Below the pieces are notes generated by a model, which was not told the DNA's origin, did not search any database, and was given only the letters and a program-made list of their open reading frames with translations. Source: Bdellovibrionales bacterium (GTDB lineage: Bacteria > Bdellovibrionota > Bdellovibrionia > Bdellovibrionales > UBA1609). Taken from it: a DNA stretch of 64,000 nucleotides. The stretch is from assembly GCA_050249195.1 (NCBI GenBank), contig JBFWQY010000026.1, positions 6,018 through 70,017 on the forward strand, in the 5' to 3' direction. Both the position numbers and the translations under genes were made by a program. The first letter of the stretch is position 1; every line of letters begins with the position of its first letter. This document shows, in pieces, positions 8,362 through 18,965 of the stretch.

Positions 8362-10776
8362 ATGCTTTCAATCAGTTCTTATATTTCGAAGCGTGTTCCG
8401 GGTGTTCAGGTTCGCTCCATTGAAGCGGTCTTGGCCATGAACAATGAGGGGGCGACTGTCCCATTTATGGCCCGCTACCGGAAGGAGCGGACCGGTAACC
8501 TGGATGAGGTGCAGATCCGTTCGGTGTTGGAGGCCTTCGAAGATTACAACACCATCGTTCAACGCCGGGAGTTCGTGCTTAAGGAAATCGATAAGCAGGG
8601 CAACCTGACGCAGGAGTTGAAAACCGCCTTGCAGAATTCGTGGGATCTCAACGAGATTGAGGAGATCTACCGTCCATTCAAGAAAAAGAAAAAATCCAAG
8701 GCGACATTGGCGCGTGAGGCGGGGATCGCTCCCTTGGCCGACTGGATTTGGGCTCTGGGGCATGGTGAAGTTCAGGATGAAACCACCCTTGAGGTGAAAG
8801 CGAAAAACTATCTTGCGCCGACCATAGGATACGCCACTTACGAAGAGGTGCTGCGTGGCGCCCAGCATATTCTTGTGGAACGTCTTTCCAACGATCTGGA
8901 CTTGCGCGGCCGCGTCCGCGACGAGTTTTACAATAACGGCAAAGTGAAATCGGTGAAAACGCCTGAGTTCAAGGCGCATTCCAAATATGAAATGTACGCC
9001 GATTACTCTGAGCCGATTAAGAGCCTGGACACGAAGAAAGCGTCGCACCGTTACTTGGCGCTCCGTCGCGGATGGCAGGAGGGTGAACTTCGAGTCACGA
9101 TGGAGGCGGATGAAGAGGGCCTCTTGCGCCAGTTTGAAGCCGTGGCAATCTCAGCGAACTCCCAAGCCACTGAATTTCTGAAAACAGTTTGCAAGACCGC
9201 GTTGACCGTGCATGTGATTCCATCCATCTCGAACGAGCTGCATGGACAGTTAAAGGAGCGTGCCGATGCCGATGCGATTCAGGTCTTCGCCGAGAATGTC
9301 CGTCGTGTATTGATGAGTTCGCCGTTTGGACCCCGGGTGGTGTTGGGCGTGGATCCCGGACTGCGCACGGGATGTAAAGTGGCGCTGATCGATCGCAGCG
9401 GCCACTTTGTCTCGCACACCGTACTGCATATTCACGGTGAAGAGGCGAAGGAAAAAGGCCGGGCGCTTTTCGCTGAGGCTTTGCAGAAGATCAAGATCGA
9501 TGCCATCGCGATTGGTAATGGCACCGGCGGACGCGAGGCGGAGACCTTTGTCCGTGGAATTTTAAAAGAGATCGGGGCAGAAGTGCCCGTGATTATGGTG
9601 AGCGAGTCGGGAGCGAGCGTGTACTCCGCTTCGGATTTCGCGCGTGAGGAGTTTCCGGATCTGGATCTGACCGTGCGCGGAGCGATTTCAATCGCTCGTC
9701 GCCTTCAGGATCCGCTCGCGGAACTTGTGAAGATTGAACCCAAGAGCATAGGCGTCGGTCAGTACCAGCACGATGTGAATCAGACACGCTTGAAGAAAAC
9801 GCTGCATGAAGTGGTGGAGTCGTGTGTGAATCAGGTGGGCGTGGATCTGAATACCGCGTCGACGGCCCTTCTACAGTATGTGTCTGGGATCGGGCCGGCT
9901 ATCGCCAAGAACATCGTAGAGTATCGCAAACAGCACGGATTGTTCAAGGAGCGTGAGGAACTGCTGAAGGTGCCTCATTTTTCGTCGAAAGTGTATGAGC
10001 TCGCGGCGGGGTTCTTGCGGATTGCGGAAGGTAAAGTCATGCTCGATCGCACAGGGATTCACCCGGAACGTTATTCCGCTGTCCGCGAGATGGCCCAAGA
10101 AGTGGGCGCCACGGTTTCCGCCCTTATTGGTCCGGGCGCCGAGAAGCTGCGCCGTTTACGTGAAAAATGGTCCCAACTGATTGGGGAATACACCTTCGAC
10201 GATATTGTTCGGGAGCTTGAGAAGCCCGGGCGTGATCCGCGTGACATGTTCAAGGTGTTTCAATACCGTGACGACATTCACGAACTAAAAGATCTTAAGC
10301 CAGGATTGATTTGTCCAGGTATTGTGACCAACGTTACGAACTTTGGTGCTTTCGTGGATATCGGCGTGCACCAGGATGGATTGGTGCACATCTCGGAGCT
10401 GAGCCATCAATTCGTGGAAGATCCCCGAAAAGTGGTCAGTCCGGGGGATCAGGTCCAGGTCAAAGTTCTTGCGGTGGACCTGGATAAAAATCAAATTTCC
10501 CTCACCATGAAGCTCGAAGAAAAGCCCCGCGCTGAATCGCGGCCGCGTTCCGAAGCACCGTCGCGGGATCATCGCGGGAGCGGTCCACAGCAGCAGGCCA
10601 AGGGTGCGCACGGTAAGCCTCATCGTGGCAAAACTGGCGATAAAGACAAAGGGTCGCGGCGGGATAAAGGCGGTGGAGGCCGCGGCGGTCCGCGCCCGGA
10701 TAACCGCAAACCACGGCCTGAGAAAACCCCTTTCAATAATCCTTTTGCTGCCTTAACAGGATTGAAGAATCAGTAA
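8362..10776 (+). CDS. tex: Tex family RNA-binding transcriptional accessory protein
   Basis: GATVPFMARYRKERTGNLDEV, GVDPGLRTGCK, EPKSIGVGQYQHDV, C-terminal S1 domain NVTNFGAFVDIGVHQDGLVHISE. Confidence 0.95.
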   Translation: MLSISSYISKRVPGVQVRSIEAVLAMNNEGATVPFMARYRKERTGNLDEVQIRSVLEAFEDYNTIVQRREFVLKEIDKQGNLTQELKTALQNSWDLNEIEEIYRPFKKKKKSKATLAREAGIAPLADWIWALGHGEVQDETTLEVKAKNYLAPTIGYATYEEVLRGAQHILVERLSNDLDLRGRVRDEFYNNGKVKSVKTPEFKAHSKYEMYADYSEPIKSLDTKKASHRYLALRRGWQEGELRVTMEADEEGLLRQFEAVAISANSQATEFLKTVCKTALTVHVIPSISNELHGQLKERADADAIQVFAENVRRVLMSSPFGPRVVLGVDPGLRTGCKVALIDRSGHFVSHTVLHIHGEEAKEKGRALFAEALQKIKIDAIAIGNGTGGREAETFVRGILKEIGAEVPVIMVSESGASVYSASDFAREEFPDLDLTVRGAISIARRLQDPLAELVKIEPKSIGVGQYQHDVNQTRLKKTLHEVVESCVNQVGVDLNTASTALLQYVSGIGPAIAKNIVEYRKQHGLFKEREELLKVPHFSSKVYELAAGFLRIAEGKVMLDRTGIHPERYSAVREMAQEVGATVSALIGPGAEKLRRLREKWSQLIGEYTFDDIVRELEKPGRDPRDMFKVFQYRDDIHELKDLKPGLICPGIVTNVTNFGAFVDIGVHQDGLVHISELSHQFVEDPRKVVSPGDQVQVKVLAVDLDKNQISLTMKLEEKPRAESRPRSEAPSRDHRGSGPQQQAKGAHGKPHRGKTGDKDKGSRRDKGGGGRGGPRPDNRKPRPEKTPFNNPFAALTGLKNQ

Positions 10777-11544
10777 TCGGTTGGCGAGTTCAGCGAAGCC
10801 TTCTCCTTCGGATTTTTGAGTCACGTAGGCGGGCTTAAACTTCATATCGGAAAGAAATTCTCTTACATTTGCTACCGCGAAGGAGTGAGGAAAAAACGCG
10901 AACATGGGTTCGTCGTTGGGTGAGTCCCCGATAAACGCGCAGGACGTCTTCATCTCGGGTTCGGAAAGTTCCAGTTCATGTTGGAGATATACCTTGCACG
11001 TGGAGAGCTTGTCGTAGTCTCCAAACCATCCATTCACATGAATATTGGAGACTTTGGCCTGGGCCCCGTGGTGTTTGAATAGGCTTACAATTTTCTGAAT
11101 GTCCGACTTTGCCAATGGTGGAACATCTTCATTGAAGTCGATAGCGAGATCAAAGAGCCGGCAAAACTGATCTGAAGCGATAGCCGCGCCCGGAACCGTC
11201 GCAAGCACCTCGGTTCGAATGCGCTTGAGCTTTGCGCGGTCTTGCCGGCGTGAGTTCTTGTCCCGAGCGAAGTGGCGTCGCAGTTTTTTCTTCAATGGAT
11301 CAAAGCGAAAATAAAAGGCGCCGTTTTCACCGACCACACCGTGCACGGGCCAAAGTCGAGCAATCAATTCGCACCAGCCTGCGGGACGTCCAGTGACCGG
11401 TATGACGTGAACGCCACTTGCGGCGAGCTTGCATAAGCTGGAATAGCTTACAGACGGGAGTCTCCCGTCTTGCGTGAGGGTGCCATCGATATCGGTTAAG
11501 AGGACACGGACCGCACGTGATTGAAATTGATTGAGAGATTTCAT
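10753..11544 (-). CDS. HAD-IIB family hydrolase
   Basis: LTDIDGTLT, VTGRPAGW, GENGA, FIGDSPNDEPMF motifs. Confidence 0.88.
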   Translation of the reverse strand: MKSLNQFQSRAVRVLLTDIDGTLTQDGRLPSVSYSSLCKLAASGVHVIPVTGRPAGWCELIARLWPVHGVVGENGAFYFRFDPLKKKLRRHFARDKNSRRQDRAKLKRIRTEVLATVPGAAIASDQFCRLFDLAIDFNEDVPPLAKSDIQKIVSLFKHHGAQAKVSNIHVNGWFGDYDKLSTCKVYLQHELELSEPEMKTSCAFIGDSPNDEPMFAFFPHSFAVANVREFLSDMKFKPAYVTQKSEGEGFAELANRLLILQSC

Positions 11545-11628
11545 TTCTCCATCCCATTAAGAGCAGAAGCATTGAGTCAAGAGAAAAGGATTGAAAGATT
11601 TGGGCAATGAGTCCAAATCTTAAATGAT

Positions 11629-14352
11629 ATGTCCAAAGCAACAGGTAAGAAGTTAGTCATCGTCGAGTCTCCGACAAAGGCCAAAACCATCCGCAAATTC
11701 CTGGGAAAAGACTTTACTGTTGAATCCTGCATGGGACATGTGCGCGATTTGCCCCAATCCGCGAAAGATATTCCGGAGAAATACAAAAAGGAAAAGTGGG
11801 CCAACCTTGGAGTTAATGTAAACGAGGAGTTCACTCCGATTTATTGTGTGCCCCGGACCAAGACTCGCATTGTAAAAACGCTGAAGGAAAAACTTGCGGA
11901 TGCTGAAGAATTGATTCTCGCGACGGACGAAGACCGCGAAGGGGAAAGCATCAGCTGGCACCTGGTCGAGGTGCTAAAGCCCCGTGTTCCGGTGAAGCGA
12001 ATGGTGTTCCATGAGATTACCAAGGAAGCGATCCAGGACGCTCTCAACCATTTTCGTGGAATTGATGAGAACCTGGTGCGTGCTCAAGAGGCGCGTCGGA
12101 TCCTGGACCGTCTGGTGGGATATTCCATTTCACCACTGCTATGGAAGAAGGTGACGTACGGCCTGTCGGCGGGACGTGTGCAGTCCGTGGCCGTCCGTCT
12201 GATCGCGGAACGTGAGCATGAGCGATTGCGCTTTCAGCGCTCTCGTTACTGGACCTTAACGGCGCAGAATGAAAAAGACGGAACGGTGTTTGAGAGCCGT
12301 TCTTTTATGCTCAAGGGCCAACGGGTGGCTACGGGCAGGGATTTCGATAGCCAAACGGGAGATCTGCTCGCGGATAAAAAGCCGACGTCCGTGTGGCTAA
12401 AGGAGACGGATGCCCGCAACTGGGTCCATGCCCTTCAAGGTAAGGAATGGATCGTCGATGAGGTGGAGGAAAAACCCATCTCGCGTAAACCCGCGGCTCC
12501 CTTTATCACCTCAACATTGCAGCAAGAATCCAACCGGAAGCTGGGATTCACCTCGCGTGAAACGATGGAGCTGGCGCAGAAGCTGTATGAGCGTGGGTTT
12601 ATCACGTATATGAGAACCGATTCTCCGAACCTGTCCACTCAAGCCATACAGGCGGCGCGCTCGGCCATTCAGGAACTCTACGGGAATAAGTACCTGCCCG
12701 CGCAGGCGCGCGAGTACAGCAGCAAGAAGTCAAAAGGCGCGCAAGAAGCGCATGAAGCCATCCGTCCTGCGGGAACACGTTTTCAGCAACCCGAAGAGAC
12801 CGGCCTCAGTGGAGGCCTTCTGCGTCTCTATGATCTGATCTGGAAGCGCACAGTGGCCAGTCAAATGACCAACTCAGAACAAAAGCTGGTCAGCGTGAAA
12901 TTCAAAGTGGGCGACGCGGTCTTTGCCGCCTCGGGTATGACGATTGAGTTTCCCGGCTTCTTGAAGGTGTATGTGGAGGATCTCGAGGAGGACACGGGCG
13001 ACGAAAAAGACGTGCGCCTACCCCCACTAAAAGTAGGGGATCGCGTGAAGTGTCTGCAGATCTCCAGTAATGAACATGAAACAAAGCCACCGGCCAGGTA
13101 TACGGAAGCGAGCCTTGTGCAAACAATGGAGCGCGAGGGGATCGGCCGCCCCTCAACCTATGCCACGATTATTGGCACAATTCAGGATCGCGGGTACGTA
13201 CGCAAAGTGGGCAATGCCCTCGTGCCTACGTTTACGGCGTTGGTGGTATCCAAGCTTCTTAAGAATCATCTTCCTGACTATGTGGATCTTGGGTTTACCT
13301 CGGAGATGGAACGCTCGCTGGACACCATCGCACAAGGAGAGATGGATTATATCAAGTATCTGGCTACGATTTACTTCGGCCAGAAAGGGTTGAAGGCTCA
13401 GATCGAAACTCAGGAAAAGACGATCAACGCGGATGAATCCCGCTGCATCCGACTCGAGGGCTTAGGGGATCTGAGCTTCCGCATCGGGAAGTATGGAGCG
13501 TATGTTTGTCGAAAGGACGAGTCGTCGAAGTCGGAAGTGTGTGCATCTCTTCCGGAGACTCAAGTTCCCGGCGATATGACACCGGAACTGGCCAATAAAC
13601 TGATTGATCAAAAGATCAATGGCACGGACGCCTTGGGGAAAGATCCCAAGACCGGTTTGCCGGTCTATGTTCTAACCGGCCGTTACGGGCCGTATGTTCA
13701 GTTGGGCGATAATGATTCCGACAAACTCAAGCGCATGGCGATTCCACCGACGATGGCGCCTGAGACTCTCGCCTTGAATGAAGCTCTCATGCTCTTGGAG
13801 TTACCGAAGACTTTAGGGCGGCACCCGGAAACGGATAAAGATGTAAAGAAAGGTCTGGGCCGTTTTGGACCGTATGTGGTTCATGAGGGTGATTACCGGT
13901 CCATTCCCAAGGGAGAAAATATCTTCTCGGTGGATCTGAAGCGTGCCTTGGAACTTCTTGCCCAGCCCAAGCGCATGCGCGGTCGCTCGGCTCCGCTAAA
14001 AGAACTGGGAGCGTATCCAGGAACTCAAGATCAGGTTCATGTCCATACGGGCAAATACGGTCCCTATCTCAAAGTGGGGACCAAGAACATTTCATTACCT
14101 GATGATATGAAAATCGAAGAACTCACGTTAGAAGCCGTCCTTCCCCTCATTCAAGACAAGCTGGCGGCTCCCAAGACGGGTGGGAAACCTGGGAAAACGG
14201 GGAAGACCGGAAAAAACGAAAATAACGGTGGTAAAAAGGTGTCTTCCAAAACACCGTCAAAAACGCAGGCGTTCGCAAAGTCCGCGAAAACTGTCAAAAC
14301 ACGCAAGGCGGCTGGAAGATCACGCGCGAAATCTGAGTCCAAGACCGTGTGA
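11629..14352 (+). CDS. topA: DNA topoisomerase I with C-terminal Topo_C repeats and basic tail
   Basis: LVIVESPTKAKTI, LATDEDREGESI, SAGRVQS, ITYMRTDS, AQEAHEAIRP; repeated G[KR][YF]G[PA]Y motifs. Confidence 0.97.
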   Translation: MSKATGKKLVIVESPTKAKTIRKFLGKDFTVESCMGHVRDLPQSAKDIPEKYKKEKWANLGVNVNEEFTPIYCVPRTKTRIVKTLKEKLADAEELILATDEDREGESISWHLVEVLKPRVPVKRMVFHEITKEAIQDALNHFRGIDENLVRAQEARRILDRLVGYSISPLLWKKVTYGLSAGRVQSVAVRLIAEREHERLRFQRSRYWTLTAQNEKDGTVFESRSFMLKGQRVATGRDFDSQTGDLLADKKPTSVWLKETDARNWVHALQGKEWIVDEVEEKPISRKPAAPFITSTLQQESNRKLGFTSRETMELAQKLYERGFITYMRTDSPNLSTQAIQAARSAIQELYGNKYLPAQAREYSSKKSKGAQEAHEAIRPAGTRFQQPEETGLSGGLLRLYDLIWKRTVASQMTNSEQKLVSVKFKVGDAVFAASGMTIEFPGFLKVYVEDLEEDTGDEKDVRLPPLKVGDRVKCLQISSNEHETKPPARYTEASLVQTMEREGIGRPSTYATIIGTIQDRGYVRKVGNALVPTFTALVVSKLLKNHLPDYVDLGFTSEMERSLDTIAQGEMDYIKYLATIYFGQKGLKAQIETQEKTINADESRCIRLEGLGDLSFRIGKYGAYVCRKDESSKSEVCASLPETQVPGDMTPELANKLIDQKINGTDALGKDPKTGLPVYVLTGRYGPYVQLGDNDSDKLKRMAIPPTMAPETLALNEALMLLELPKTLGRHPETDKDVKKGLGRFGPYVVHEGDYRSIPKGENIFSVDLKRALELLAQPKRMRGRSAPLKELGAYPGTQDQVHVHTGKYGPYLKVGTKNISLPDDMKIEELTLEAVLPLIQDKLAAPKTGGKPGKTGKTGKNENNGGKKVSSKTPSKTQAFAKSAKTVKTRKAAGRSRAKSESKTV

Positions 14353-14544
14353 CGCGGGTCTCGAAGCGCGGACCTGAAGAATAACGCTAGACCGCCAAGT
14401 GGAAAAAAGTGTCTAAAAGTGAGAAAATCAGTAGATTCATCAGCTTGGCTTAGAAGGCTGCCGAAGAGATGCTGGAACTGATGATTTGATGATAGCGAAC
14501 GCTAACAGATTAGAAAATCTGGATCACTTTGTTAAGGAATTCAT

Positions 14545-16680
14545 ATGCGTCAATTAATTATCGCGCTGACACTCGCTTTTACTTCTATGACGGCACAGGC
14601 ACAGTTTCAGCGAACCCAGTCCCTAGAATTGAGTTGTGTTCACCTGTATCCGGTACAAATGAAGTACCTGGAAAAGCATGTGAACTTTTCCAAGCTCAAC
14701 AAGAATCTGGAGGCTCGGACTGTTGATCAATTCACCAAGCGTCTTGATGGATCCAAGCTCTATTTGCTGGAAAAAGACGTCCGCGAAATCACCAAGACGA
14801 TGGGCAGCGTCTTTGACAAAATCCGTTCGAAGGACTGCTCCTCTTTGGAAAAGGCGAACAAGCTGTTTTTGAAGCGCGTGGAAGAACGAGTGGCGTATGC
14901 CAAGAAGTTCTTAGGACCAAAGTTTAAGTACGACCCAGGCGCCAAGATTCATCGTGATCCGGAGGATCGCCCGCGGCCCAAAACTGCGGCCGAAGCCAAT
15001 CGCTTTCACGAAACTTACATGCAGTATCAGGTGGCTAGCTATCTCGCGACCGATATGAAGCTGGAAGAGGCCAAGCAGCAGATCATTCGAAATTACGAGC
15101 GCGCTTTAAAGCGCGTCCAGGAGTTTAAGAAGGAAGATCTCTTGGCATCTTATCTGGATTCCTTTGCGCGCGCTCTGGATCCCCACTCCAGTTATCTTTC
15201 CGACGATGCGCTGGTGGATTTCGAGATTCAGATGCGTCTCTCTCTGGAGGGAATTGGCGCGACTTTGAGTTCACAGGATGGATTCACGGTGATCGAGCAG
15301 TTGGTCCCCGGTGGCGCCGCGGATGCTTCCGGAAAGCTCAAGCCCAAGGACCGCATCATTGCAGTGGGACAGGGCAAGGATGGTGTGTTTCAAAACGTGA
15401 TCGAAATGGAATTGCGCGAAGTTGTGAAGCTCATTCGTGGCCCCAAAGGCTCGGAGGTTCGGCTTAAGATTCTTCGTAAGGCGACCAAGGATCCCGAACG
15501 TTTCGAGGTCACTCTGGTTCGTGACAAGATTAAGCTGGAGGATGAGGCCGCTTCGATCACGTACCTGAATCGTGAGGTGAACGGGCATAAGTTAAAGATC
15601 GGGTTGCTTGATCTTCCTTCCTTCTACGCGGACAATCGCAAAAACGGACCGTCTGCGGCGACTGATATGAAAAAGCTGCTGGCTCAGGCTGCCAAGAACA
15701 AAACCGATGCCGTCGTACTGGATCTCTCCGGCAACGGAGGGGGAAGCCTGCGGGATGCCGTTGACATTGCGGGACTATTTTTTGCCACGGGTAATGTGGT
15801 GAAGCAGAGCCAGCGCGTGACGTCTGAGCTGGATCAAATGAACTATGAAACTCTGCGCGATACGGATTCGGATGTGGATTGGGCGGGACCGCTGGTTGTT
15901 CTCACGAGCCGCGTGAGCGCATCCGCTTCAGAGATCGTTTCGGGAACATTGCAGGACTACAAGCGCGCCGTGATCGTCGGTGGGGATCACACATTCGGAA
16001 AGGGAAGCGTGCAATCCGTGGAGTATCTCCCCCCGGGATTGGGCGCCATTAAAACGACCGTAGGTATGTTCTTCACGCCTGGTGGAGCCTCCACACAACA
16101 TCGTGGAGTTGAGGCGGACATTGAATTGCCCTCCTCGTTCGCGGTTGAAGAGATTGGAGAAAAAACCCTCGATTACTCGCTTCCGCCAAAGAAGATTAAG
16201 GACTTTATCTCCAAGTCCGCCTATGTGACGGAGGGCAAGGGCGCGTGGACACCCTTGAACCAAGCCCTTGTGAAAAAGCTTGAGGCCAAATCGAAGGTGC
16301 GAGTCGCGGCGTCGAGTGAATTTAAGAAGATTCGTGAAGACCTCGCAAAAACGAAAAAGCGCGGCAAGATGATCGTGGTTGGCGATCTCTTGAAGGACAA
16401 AGATAAGGATAAGGATAAGAATAAGAAGGGCGCCAATCCAGACGGTGAGGTGGAAGCGGGCGATGAAGGTCAGGAGAATCTGACGCTCTCGCGCGAGGAG
16501 CGCAAGAAGAAATATTTGGAGCGTGCGGATGTCGTCGAGGCCGTCAATATCGCGGCTGATCTGGTCGCGGAGCTGCGTGGCCCCATGATTAAGATTGGAC
16601 AAAAAGGCGACCGCTCGGCTCCCCCGGCGGGGCCGGCACCAGTTCCGCCTCCGGCGGAATCCGACAGTAGCGCCAACTAG
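14545..16680 (+). CDS. prc: Carboxy-terminal processing protease (S41, Prc/Tsp type)
   Basis: Signal peptide, LDPHSSY, PDZ EGIGATL, DLSGNGGG, SASASEIV, TFGKGSVQ. Confidence 0.9.
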   Translation: MRQLIIALTLAFTSMTAQAQFQRTQSLELSCVHLYPVQMKYLEKHVNFSKLNKNLEARTVDQFTKRLDGSKLYLLEKDVREITKTMGSVFDKIRSKDCSSLEKANKLFLKRVEERVAYAKKFLGPKFKYDPGAKIHRDPEDRPRPKTAAEANRFHETYMQYQVASYLATDMKLEEAKQQIIRNYERALKRVQEFKKEDLLASYLDSFARALDPHSSYLSDDALVDFEIQMRLSLEGIGATLSSQDGFTVIEQLVPGGAADASGKLKPKDRIIAVGQGKDGVFQNVIEMELREVVKLIRGPKGSEVRLKILRKATKDPERFEVTLVRDKIKLEDEAASITYLNREVNGHKLKIGLLDLPSFYADNRKNGPSAATDMKKLLAQAAKNKTDAVVLDLSGNGGGSLRDAVDIAGLFFATGNVVKQSQRVTSELDQMNYETLRDTDSDVDWAGPLVVLTSRVSASASEIVSGTLQDYKRAVIVGGDHTFGKGSVQSVEYLPPGLGAIKTTVGMFFTPGGASTQHRGVEADIELPSSFAVEEIGEKTLDYSLPPKKIKDFISKSAYVTEGKGAWTPLNQALVKKLEAKSKVRVAASSEFKKIREDLAKTKKRGKMIVVGDLLKDKDKDKDKNKKGANPDGEVEAGDEGQENLTLSREERKKKYLERADVVEAVNIAADLVAELRGPMIKIGQKGDRSAPPAGPAPVPPPAESDSSAN

Positions 16681-16692
16681 TCCGCGATTGTT

Positions 16693-16721
16693 TTGACAAA
16701 GAAAGGCCTCCTCAGTATCCC
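16693..16721 (+). promoter_or_regulatory. sigma70-like promoter of the E1 operon
   Basis: TTGACA-17 nt-TATCCC, 22 nt upstream of ATG 16744. Confidence 0.55.
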
Positions 16722-16743
16722 TCTGTAGAGGGGGCTTATACTT

Positions 16744-17910
16744 ATGGCATTATCCAGTCACTCGGAGCGTGGCAAGCTCGCGAAAAAGAGCGCCACCAGG
16801 CGTGCGTCCAAATCCGCATTGAAAAAAAACACCGGAAAATCGACGGGAAGGACCACGACTAAGGCTTCTGCCAAGGTCGCGGCCAAAGTCACTACGGCGG
16901 GACGATCACCCAAAAAGACCCTTCCTCTCCCTGCCGCACTGCTTTTGCATATGCATTCGTTGATGGTCAAGAGTCGTGTGCTGGAAGAACGCCTGATCAA
17001 GATCTACAAGGCCGGTGAGGCCTTTTTCTGGATAGGAGCTCCCGGTGAGGAAGCCTTCGGTGTTCCGCTGGGATTGCATGTGCACAAAGGTCAGGGGCCA
17101 CATTTTGATTACTTGCATCTGCACTATCGCGCCACGCCCACCTTGGTGGCGATGGGGATGCCCATGATTGATTCCATTCGCTTAATCATGAACCGAGCGA
17201 CTGACCCTTGTACGGGAGGTCGCAATTTTTGCAATCATTATTGTTTTCCGCAGTGGAACGTCGTTCCTGTTTCCTCTCCCATCGAGGTGCAATATGGAAC
17301 AGCGTTAGGAACCGCTCATGTCCAGAAGCGGATAAAGGGGGGCCGGGGTGTGACCATTGTAACCGGCGGAGATGCCGGAACGGCCGAAGGGGATTTTGCG
17401 AGTTGTTTGATCTGGGCCTCGCGTCCAAGCCACGAACTTCCCATTCTCATCACTGTACAGAACAATCGTTGGGGAATATCGACAGATTATGACAGTCAGC
17501 ATGGAGAAACGCATATCGCGGATCGTGGGAGAGCTTTTAATATACGAACACAGATCATTGACGGCAATGATCCCGTGGAAACGTACAGAGCACTTGAGAG
17601 CGAGATGGCTTATATTCGCAAAACTCGTAAACCGGTGTTGCTCGAGGCCCGGGTTTCGCGCCTCTATGGTCATTCATCGGCCACGGGCGCAAACTTAATC
17701 CCGGAAGAAGATGGGCTGCGCCGCTATGAGCAGTATCTCTTTGAGAACAATGTGTTGAAAGAAGCGGATGCGCGTGAACTCTGGTCCCGCTACGAGGAGG
17801 AAGCGAAGGCGGCTCAGGAGCAGGTTCGGTTGGAGCCGGCGCCCTCTCCCGAATCGATTTGGGAGCATTACTACGCCAATGGTGAAAACGGTGACTGGAG
17901 GAAGTTCTAA
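16744..17910 (+). CDS. 2-oxoacid (probably branched-chain) dehydrogenase E1 alpha subunit
   Basis: TPP-binding GDAGTAEGDF...VQNN, IDGNDP, RLYGHSS; Lys-rich N-terminal extension. Confidence 0.88.
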   Translation: MALSSHSERGKLAKKSATRRASKSALKKNTGKSTGRTTTKASAKVAAKVTTAGRSPKKTLPLPAALLLHMHSLMVKSRVLEERLIKIYKAGEAFFWIGAPGEEAFGVPLGLHVHKGQGPHFDYLHLHYRATPTLVAMGMPMIDSIRLIMNRATDPCTGGRNFCNHYCFPQWNVVPVSSPIEVQYGTALGTAHVQKRIKGGRGVTIVTGGDAGTAEGDFASCLIWASRPSHELPILITVQNNRWGISTDYDSQHGETHIADRGRAFNIRTQIIDGNDPVETYRALESEMAYIRKTRKPVLLEARVSRLYGHSSATGANLIPEEDGLRRYEQYLFENNVLKEADARELWSRYEEEAKAAQEQVRLEPAPSPESIWEHYYANGENGDWRKF

Positions 17911-18965
17911 TGGCAAGCATGGCTCAGGCGATCCGCATGGCACTCCACTTCGCTGAAACTCATATGGACCTGCGCGATGTTTTCGGGCAGGACGTGGGAG
18001 CCCCATTGGGCGGAGTTTTCACAGCGACGCAAGGACTAAAGACCGCTTGGAACACCCCTTTAGATGAGCGTGGGATCATTGGAATGGCGACGGGAATTGC
18101 CATGACCGGTGAGCGCTGCGTGGCGGAGATTCAGTTTGCGGATTACATTTTCAACACGGTTGATTTACTTAAAATCGCAGGCAATACGCACTGGGTGAGC
18201 GCGGGCAATTACACATTGCCTATGGTGGTTATGACTCCGGTGGGCGCCGGGATTCGCGGCTCAGTTTATCACAGCCATTCGTTCGATGCCTGGGCGTCGC
18301 GTCTTCCAGGCTGGAAGGTGGTGATGCCGTCCAATTCCTTGGATGCGTATGGACTGATGCTATCAGCGGTGGAGGATCCGAATCCCGTTTTGTACCTGAA
18401 ACCCAAAGCTTTGATGCGCGTGCGCGGAGAGGAATTAATTCCAGGTGAGCCCGAAGATCCCAGAGAATTGAAAAATCGTATCGATGCGCCCATCGGTGAC
18501 CGCGCGCAGTGGGCTCCGGATTGGCCGGTGCTCGAGCCGTACAAAGTTCCCATTGGGCAATCCAAGACCACACGCGAGGGAGATGAGATTACGGTTGTCA
18601 CCTATGGACGACATGTTCTGATGTGCAACAAAGTCGCCGATGATCTAGTTGCCGAGGGACGCTCGATTGAAGTCATTGATCTGCGCTCCATTTATCCCTA
18701 TGACTGGCAGGCGGTGAAGGCGTCCGTCCGCCGCACACGTCGCGTTCTCTTCGTTAATGAGGACACCGAGGTCACCAACTTCGCCGAACATCTTGCCTAT
18801 CGGGTGACCCAGGAGTTGTTTTACGAAATCGAAGCGCCGCCGCGAGTTCTAGCGGGTCAGAATCTGCCGGGAATTGGCCTCCATCCCAATCTCGAAGAAA
18901 ATTCCGTTCCCCAGACTCACCATATCGCAAATGCCATCCGCGAAGTTCTGGCTGAGGTGCCCTAG
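17910..18965 (+). CDS. 2-oxoacid dehydrogenase E1 beta subunit
   Basis: VFGQDVG...GGVF, NTPLDERGIIG, VAEIQFADY, YHSHS, EVIDLRSIYPYD; overlaps the alpha stop codon. Confidence 0.9.
   Translation: MASMAQAIRMALHFAETHMDLRDVFGQDVGAPLGGVFTATQGLKTAWNTPLDERGIIGMATGIAMTGERCVAEIQFADYIFNTVDLLKIAGNTHWVSAGNYTLPMVVMTPVGAGIRGSVYHSHSFDAWASRLPGWKVVMPSNSLDAYGLMLSAVEDPNPVLYLKPKALMRVRGEELIPGEPEDPRELKNRIDAPIGDRAQWAPDWPVLEPYKVPIGQSKTTREGDEITVVTYGRHVLMCNKVADDLVAEGRSIEVIDLRSIYPYDWQAVKASVRRTRRVLFVNEDTEVTNFAEHLAYRVTQELFYEIEAPPRVLAGQNLPGIGLHPNLEENSVPQTHHIANAIREVLAEVP

Noticed and set aside
14440..14467. Possible sigma28 promoter upstream of prc (TCAG-16-GCCGAAGA)
   Set aside because: Weak -35 and spacing one base too long
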